Part shown: positions 37,538 to 42,154 of the stretch, one piece after another
Layout of the letters: each line of letters opens with the position of its first letter
Numbering within the stretch: the stretch's first letter is position 1
IMG/VR virus record: IMGVR_UViG_3300010362_000043
Span: 1 to 42,154 of that record
Source of the DNA: a virus
Lineage: Duplodnaviria; Caudoviricetes
Length of the DNA stretch: 42,154 nucleotides
Strand: one strand, 5' to 3'
Translations under genes and position numbers: made by a program
Notes under the pieces: model-generated
Told to the model about the DNA's origin: nothing
Database searches by the model: none
The model's input: only the letters and a program-made list of their open reading frames with translations

Positions 37538-38028
37538 GGGCGAACGTCCACCGAATCCGAGAAGTGCGTGGCTTGACGCAAGGCATGCTCGCGGCCAGGG
37601 CGAACACGACGCGCAGCTACATCGCGTCGCTGGAAGGCGGCCGGATTCGCAACCCTGGCGTCGAATCGCTGTACCCCATCGCTCAAGCGTTGGGCGTGAC
37701 CATGGAAGCGCTCATGGGCCGGCCGTCGTTGACCATGGAAGCGGCGCTCCGCGAGCCGGCCGACTACACGATGGTTCACGCGCAACGCGAGTTGGAAGCG
37801 CGCTTGCCATTGATCGGCACCAAACCCTTCGACTCCATGACCGTGGGGCAAATGGAAGCCTACGTGCCTGGCGTGGACGGCGCCGACATGCTGGAAGCGG
37901 CGGCCGAATGCGTCGGGCGGTTCCTGGCCGCGTCGTTGGAGTTGCCGGCCGATTGGTCGGCCACGTCGTTTTACGCGGCCGGCGCATTGGCGATGGCATT
38001 GGTACGCGATAATTCCCCACCGAAATAG
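37510..38028 (+). CDS. XRE HTH regulator
   Basis: RGLTQGMLAARANTTRSYIASLEGGRIRNP. Confidence 0.8.
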   Translation: MEFAQRDELGANVHRIREVRGLTQGMLAARANTTRSYIASLEGGRIRNPGVESLYPIAQALGVTMEALMGRPSLTMEAALREPADYTMVHAQRELEARLPLIGTKPFDSMTVGQMEAYVPGVDGADMLEAAAECVGRFLAASLELPADWSATSFYAAGALAMALVRDNSPPK

Positions 38029-38031
38029 GGC

Positions 38032-38059
38032 TATAGTCTTCGGCCGGCCTAGTCGATAC
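38032..38059 (+). promoter_or_regulatory. sigma-28-like promoter P5
   Basis: C-TATA-N16-GTCGATAC in an intergenic gap. Confidence 0.5.
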
Positions 38060-38123
38060 AGTCCGAAGACAAAATTAGCCGCGTCAGGGGAACCCGTCAC
38101 GGCATGACGAAAGGATGGTTGCC

Positions 38124-38345
38124 ATGTCAACCGACACGACCGAAGCCGTCACGGCTTCGACGGCATCGCTCAAGGAAGTGGTGGCGGCGCTGGAAGCGGA
38201 AGAAAACCGGCTCGCCACCGAACTGGCCACGGTCAAGTCCAAGCGTACGGCCGTCGCGAAGGCGCTCGCCGCGCTGGAAGACACGACACCGCGCCGGCGC
38301 CGTGGCCGGCCGCGCAAGTCCGACGCCACGCCGGTAGCCGCGTGA
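38124..38345 (+). CDS. coiled-coil protein with AT-hook
   Basis: RBS GAAAGGA; C-terminal PRRRRGRPRKS. Confidence 0.7.
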   Translation: MSTDTTEAVTASTASLKEVVAALEAEENRLATELATVKSKRTAVAKALAALEDTTPRRRRGRPRKSDATPVAA

Positions 38346-38623
38346 GCGCCGAAGAACAGGTGGGGGATGAACGGGCGCCTACGGGCGCCCGTCGTCGTTT
38401 CACGGTGCGGATCGTCAACGGCGGAACGTGGGTGGAAGGCTTGGCGCCACCGCTCGGGCCGCGCCACGACGATTGGCAGGGCGAAGGCACCTTCGACCTA
38501 CCGGCGTCCATCGGCGAGCGCATAGACGCCTTGAGCGTGGACGTGCAAGGCGTGACCAAGGGCCAAGCCCGCTTCGTCACCTACCGCGCCGTCTTCGTAT
38601 CGCTTCACGGCGGCGACGCATGA
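38342..38623 (+). CDS. hypothetical protein
   Basis: GTGA and ATGA coupling. Confidence 0.6.
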   Translation: MSAEEQVGDERAPTGARRRFTVRIVNGGTWVEGLAPPLGPRHDDWQGEGTFDLPASIGERIDALSVDVQGVTKGQARFVTYRAVFVSLHGGDA

Positions 38624-38832
38624 CCGGAATCAACGTGCCCGAAGGCACCATTCCCGCGAGCGTTGCGCTTGTGGGCGGGGACGGAAACGCGTTCGCCATC
38701 ATCGGCCGCGTGTCTCGCGGCTTGAAGAAAGCCGGAAACCCACCCGAAGTCGTGGACGCCTTCGAAGCACAAGCGATGGCCGGCGACTACGACCACCTAC
38801 TACGGGTCGCACTCGCCTTCACGGACGCGTAG
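38620..38832 (+). CDS. small phage protein with DGNAF motif
   Basis: LVGGDGNAFAIIGRV...AMAGDYDHLL. Confidence 0.75.
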   Translation: MTGINVPEGTIPASVALVGGDGNAFAIIGRVSRGLKKAGNPPEVVDAFEAQAMAGDYDHLLRVALAFTDA

Positions 38833-38854
38833 CTATGGCCGGAAAGGGACGTTC

Positions 38855-39064
38855 ATGATGCAGACTCCGCGCATGTACGACGACCGGCCCTTGACCGACA
38901 AGGAGCGCGCGCTGATCCGCGCCGTCGAGATGCAGGTATGGGACGCCGATCTACGAACCATGCTCCGCGACGCGGTACAGGCGCGGGGCTTTCAAGTCTC
39001 GTCATACGACTCGCCGGGCGACCTGGCGCGTGTGCTTGAGCAGGCCGGGAAGGGGCGTCCGTGA
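38855..39064 (+). CDS. hypothetical protein
   Basis: RBS GAAAGGGA. Confidence 0.6.
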   Translation: MMQTPRMYDDRPLTDKERALIRAVEMQVWDADLRTMLRDAVQARGFQVSSYDSPGDLARVLEQAGKGRP

Positions 39065-39273
39065 TGGAGCACTACATGGAGAATAAGTTCATTCGTTCGC
39101 CCGAGCGGCGTTGCGGCCACCGCTCGCCGCTCACCTACGACCACGCACGCTGGGCGACCTGCACGCTCCCCGAAGGACATCACGGCGATCACACTGACGG
39201 CACCTACGGGTGGCGTCGTGGCTTCATGCCGAGCAAGCTCAATCCGGCCGGAAAGCGAGCGAGCGATGTGTGA
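39061..39273 (+). CDS. small Cys/His metal-binding protein
   Basis: RCG...CTLPEGHHGDH...W. Confidence 0.6.
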   Translation: MMEHYMENKFIRSPERRCGHRSPLTYDHARWATCTLPEGHHGDHTDGTYGWRRGFMPSKLNPAGKRASDV

Positions 39274-39382
39274 ACACCGATGGGCCTGCCGCCGTGGCTG
39301 CGAGTCGTGTGGCGTATGGTGGCGCTGCCTCTTGTGCGGCGTTCGCTACAACGTCGCTAAGAGCGAAGACCGGGCTAGCTAG
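39266..39382 (+). CDS. tiny Cys-rich peptide (not in ORF track)
   Basis: MCEHRWACRRGCESCGVWWRCLLCGVRYNVAKSEDRAS; overlaps the previous stop. Confidence 0.45.
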   Translation: MCEHRWACRRGCESCGVWWRCLLCGVRYNVAKSEDRAS

Positions 39383-39392
39383 ACTCCACGGC

Positions 39393-39440
39393 GCGCGCGG
39401 TCGGGTTGGTTCTTTGCGGATTCCTTCCCTGGCCGCGCGC
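39393..39440 (+). promoter_or_regulatory. hairpin whose loop is antisense to the shared RBS AAGGAATCCGC
   Basis: 13-bp stem with two G-U pairs; loop TTGGTTCTTTGCGGATTCCTTC. Confidence 0.55.
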
Positions 39441-39476
39441 CTTTCTCTCGCCGGCCGGTTTGCTTTCTTGGCCGGC

Positions 39477-40055
39477 GTGGATGCGCGCACGTTGTTGTTC
39501 CGCATGTCGCTTCTGAGCTACGGCGACACGCAACGACTTGGCGGACGCGGCGGCGAGTCGGGCCGGATCGGGCCGCCCGGAGAAGCGCGGCCGATGGCCG
39601 ACCGATGGGCGCGCGCGTTCGCCGGCGCAACGCCCGAAACCCTGCCCGGACTGATCGAAGAAGCTCGGGCCGAGTTCGACGCGTGGATTCGTCGGCCGCT
39701 CGCGCCCGACACGACGGAAACGTGGGAAGAACTCGCCGAGCGGATCGTCACCGATGCGTGGGGAATCACGGCCGACGAATGCGCGGTGGCCATGCGTTGC
39801 ACGCCATCCATGGTTCGGCGCGCTCGCCTGGCCGAAATGCGGCATCCGGAAACGGGCTATTCGCTTCCGGTCGAACGCGACGTGGTGGCGTGGGCGCGAG
39901 CGCTGGACGACGCCGGCTTGACCTTGGGCCAGATAGAAACGCTCACGGGCGTGCCCAAGACGACGCTTCACGACCGCTTGACCGGCAAGACCAAGCGGCC
40001 CGCGACCGGGCGTCAGGGGAATTCCGTAACCGGCCGCGAGCCGGTCAAAGCGTAG
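39477..40055 (+). CDS. HTH regulator, candidate late-gene activator
   Basis: C-terminal GLTLGQIETLTGVPKTTLHDRL; last gene before the presumed late operon; start uncertain. Confidence 0.6.
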   Translation: MDARTLLFRMSLLSYGDTQRLGGRGGESGRIGPPGEARPMADRWARAFAGATPETLPGLIEEARAEFDAWIRRPLAPDTTETWEELAERIVTDAWGITADECAVAMRCTPSMVRRARLAEMRHPETGYSLPVERDVVAWARALDDAGLTLGQIETLTGVPKTTLHDRLTGKTKRPATGRQGNSVTGREPVKA

Positions 40056-40266
40056 GCGCGTGCCTAGGGTTTTGGTAGCGTCCGAACGGTCGGCGCGGCG
40101 GCGCGCGCCCGAATGCGCGCGCACTCGCGTTCCCATCGCACGCGCCGACGAACTTTCCTGGCGCGAAATCTAGCGCCAAAATCGGAAGATCAATGCCACT
40201 AGGCAGAGAAGGCACACGGCCGCGAGAATGATCCACGGCGCCACTTGATCTTCAAGGGAAGAAGGC

Positions 40267-40551
40267 ATGGCACCACTGAAAGCCAAACGCCGGTCGAAGC
40301 TACCGAAGTCGGCGTTCGCGATACCGAGCCAAAGGCTGTATCCGATAGACACGCCGGCGCGGGCCAGGTCCGCGCTCGCCTACGCGGCGCGCCCGACCAC
40401 GCGCGGCGCCTACACGACCGTGCGCGCGGCCATCGCCAAGCGCTACGGCAAGAACCACCCGATCTTGCAGGCGTCGCGCAAGCGCGCCGGCGCCACCACC
40501 ACGGCGAGCGCCAAGCGCGGCACGTCGCGCAAGACCGCGAAGCGGACATGA
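40267..40551 (+). CDS. small very basic protein (DUF6582-like)
   Basis: LKAKRRSKLPKSAFAIP..RLYPI..ARARSAL. Confidence 0.7.
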   Translation: MAPLKAKRRSKLPKSAFAIPSQRLYPIDTPARARSALAYAARPTTRGAYTTVRAAIAKRYGKNHPILQASRKRAGATTTASAKRGTSRKTAKRT

Positions 40552-40757
40552 AGGTCATCGGTCAACGCATATGGCGCGAGCCGGCCGTGTTCATCGGCTT
40601 GGTCGCATCGGCCGCGCTTCTCGTCATAAACCTTCTGGCGGATACGAACATCGACGCGGCCACGGGCTTGGCCATCGCCGGCCCGCTTCTCTCCGCATTG
40701 GGGATTCGGCAAGCCGTATCGCCGGCCGCTGGTCCGCGCGAGAAACCACCCGAGTAA
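40548..40757 (+). CDS. holin-like two-TM protein
   Basis: IWREPAVFIGLV...IRQAVSP, actinophage holin-like. Confidence 0.7.
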   Translation: MKVIGQRIWREPAVFIGLVASAALLVINLLADTNIDAATGLAIAGPLLSALGIRQAVSPAAGPREKPPE

Positions 40758-40769
40758 TTCCCGCGTGTC

Positions 40770-41045
40770 TTGTCCGCCGCCATCCCCTTGGTCATCGGGC
40801 TATTCGGGCTTGCCGGCATCGTCTTTACGGCACTCCGATTCAATCGCGACGACACGACCGCGATAGTCCAACAACAATCGACCGTGTTGGGTTCGATGAA
40901 GGAACTGAACGACGAGCTTCGGGAAACGGCCGACCGCATGCGAGCCGAACGCGACGAACTCCGCGCCGAAGTAGCGCGCCTGACCGGGCAAGTCGAAGCC
41001 CTGAGAACGGAACTGCGCGATGCCATGGCACGGCGGATTGGATGA
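40770..41045 (+). CDS. membrane-anchored coiled-coil protein (lysis accessory)
   Basis: N-terminal TM segment plus heptad repeats. Confidence 0.65.
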   Translation: MSAAIPLVIGLFGLAGIVFTALRFNRDDTTAIVQQQSTVLGSMKELNDELRETADRMRAERDELRAEVARLTGQVEALRTELRDAMARRIG

Positions 41046-41781
41046 ACTCCACGACGAATTGAAAGGCGCCACGGGCCGCACGTTGAACTACAGCCGCACG
41101 CGGTTTCTGGCGACGTGGTTGGCCCTGTCGCTTCTCGCCGTGTTGATCGCGGTCGCGCTGTATGCGGCCAACGACCTGAACCATCGCGTCAACGAAACAT
41201 CGCAAGACCTGGCCGCCGAAGCGGCGAAGGATGCCGCGCAAGCCGGCCACACGGCCACCGTGTCGGCCAGTGGAACCCGCAACATCTACGCCTACATGCG
41301 TGGCGACCGTGGGCTACCGGGCGTGCCCGGTGCCGATGGGCAGAACGGATCGCCAGGGCTACCCGGTTCCAAAGGATCGCTCGGGCCACGCGGCCCACGC
41401 GGGCCGGCCGGTAGGCAGGGCGACCAAGGAACGGCAGGGGCGACGGGCGCGACCGGCAACACTGGCGCGGCCGGCGCTACCGGAGCAACGGGCAACACGG
41501 GCGAGACTGGCGCCACGGGCGACACGGGCAAAGCCGGCGAGACTGGCGCCAAGGGAGACACGGGCGCCGTGGGTCCGGTCGGCGCGACGGGCGCGCCCGG
41601 ACCATCCGGACCACCCGGCCCGCAAGGTGACGCCGGAGCGGACGGCGCGCCAGGCGTGGCCGGACCACCCGGACCCAACGCGTGCCCGGACGGAAGCCCG
41701 CTCACGCAGATAGACGTTCACGCCCGCAATCCGGAAGCCACGGCCACGTTGCTCGTGTGCGTGGTGGCGGTGGTGCCATGA
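41038..41781 (+). CDS. membrane-anchored collagen-like protein
   Basis: TM segment, long G-X-Y run, terminal CPDG...VC; start TTG41038 or ATG41020. Confidence 0.75.
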   Translation: MDELHDELKGATGRTLNYSRTRFLATWLALSLLAVLIAVALYAANDLNHRVNETSQDLAAEAAKDAAQAGHTATVSASGTRNIYAYMRGDRGLPGVPGADGQNGSPGLPGSKGSLGPRGPRGPAGRQGDQGTAGATGATGNTGAAGATGATGNTGETGATGDTGKAGETGAKGDTGAVGPVGATGAPGPSGPPGPQGDAGADGAPGVAGPPGPNACPDGSPLTQIDVHARNPEATATLLVCVVAVVP

Positions 41782-42053
41782 CGACCGTATGTCCCGTGCC
41801 CAACTGCCCGCACCTTGAGCCGTGCCCGATCCACCCCCATCGCACATGGGCCGAAGGCCACAACGGTTGGGCGTGGGCGCGCATCCGGGCCAGGGTCATG
41901 GCTCGCGACCGTGAGCGTTGCGTGTGCGGCGCCCGAGCCACGACGGTTCATCACGTCGTCGCACTGATCGACGGCGGCACCGATGACATGGCCAACCTTC
42001 GGAGCGTGTGCGCCGTGTGCCACGGCCGCGCCCATCCTGGCCGGCACCACTAG
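41778..42053 (+). CDS. HNH endonuclease, packaging-associated (HK97 gp74-like)
   Basis: RDRERCVCG..VHHV...GGTDDMANLRSVCAVCH; precedes terS on the circular map. Confidence 0.88.
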   Translation: MTTVCPVPNCPHLEPCPIHPHRTWAEGHNGWAWARIRARVMARDRERCVCGARATTVHHVVALIDGGTDDMANLRSVCAVCHGRAHPGRHH

Positions 42054-42073
42054 GTAGCCCGCGCCGGCCGACC

Positions 42074-42154
42074 CCACCCCCACCCCTGGCCGCTACTCCG
42101 CTCGCGCGATGGGGTGGGGGTGGACCCCCTTCGCCCCCGTTGGAGTCGCGGCAG
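42074..42154. other. putative cos/packaging region with G/C-run inverted repeat
   Basis: CCACCCCCACCCC (42074) / GGGGTGGGGGTGG (42111), between HNH and terS. Confidence 0.5.

Noticed and set aside
1-42154. tRNA, rRNA or IS elements
   Set aside because: None recognised by eye; tRNAscan-SE/ARAGORN would be needed to exclude tRNAs formally.

Overview
The window appears to be an essentially complete ~42 kb temperate, high-GC, contractile-tailed phage genome, opened next to the packaging site. An actinobacterial host is inferred (Rpf domain, actinophage-style packaging genes), possibly flagellated Thermoleophilia/Solirubrobacterales. The order is terS, a VUT transporter + DpdA-like insert, terL, portal, scaffold, capsid, neck, sheath/tube, tape measure, baseplate/fibres, two endolysins, repressor/Cro switch, recombination and replication genes, C5-MTase, Xis, tyrosine integrase, attP, accessory regulators, holin region, HNH. 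Product calls come from motif recognition and gene order, not database searches. The most unusual signal is a candidate regulatory circuit. Five FliA/WhiG (sigma-28)-like promoters (TA(A/T)N-N15/16-GNCGATA) precede the integrase, two antisense cassettes inside the structural operon (one a ~155-nt sRNA or micropeptide unit) and two accessory units. Three of these genes share the RBS AAGGAATCCGC, and a distant hairpin displays the exact antisense of that RBS in its loop. Other notable items: a salvage-only 7-deazaguanine module, a C5-MTase split over two overlapping frames, a stand-alone Rpf, and endolysins each paired with a small acidic peptide.
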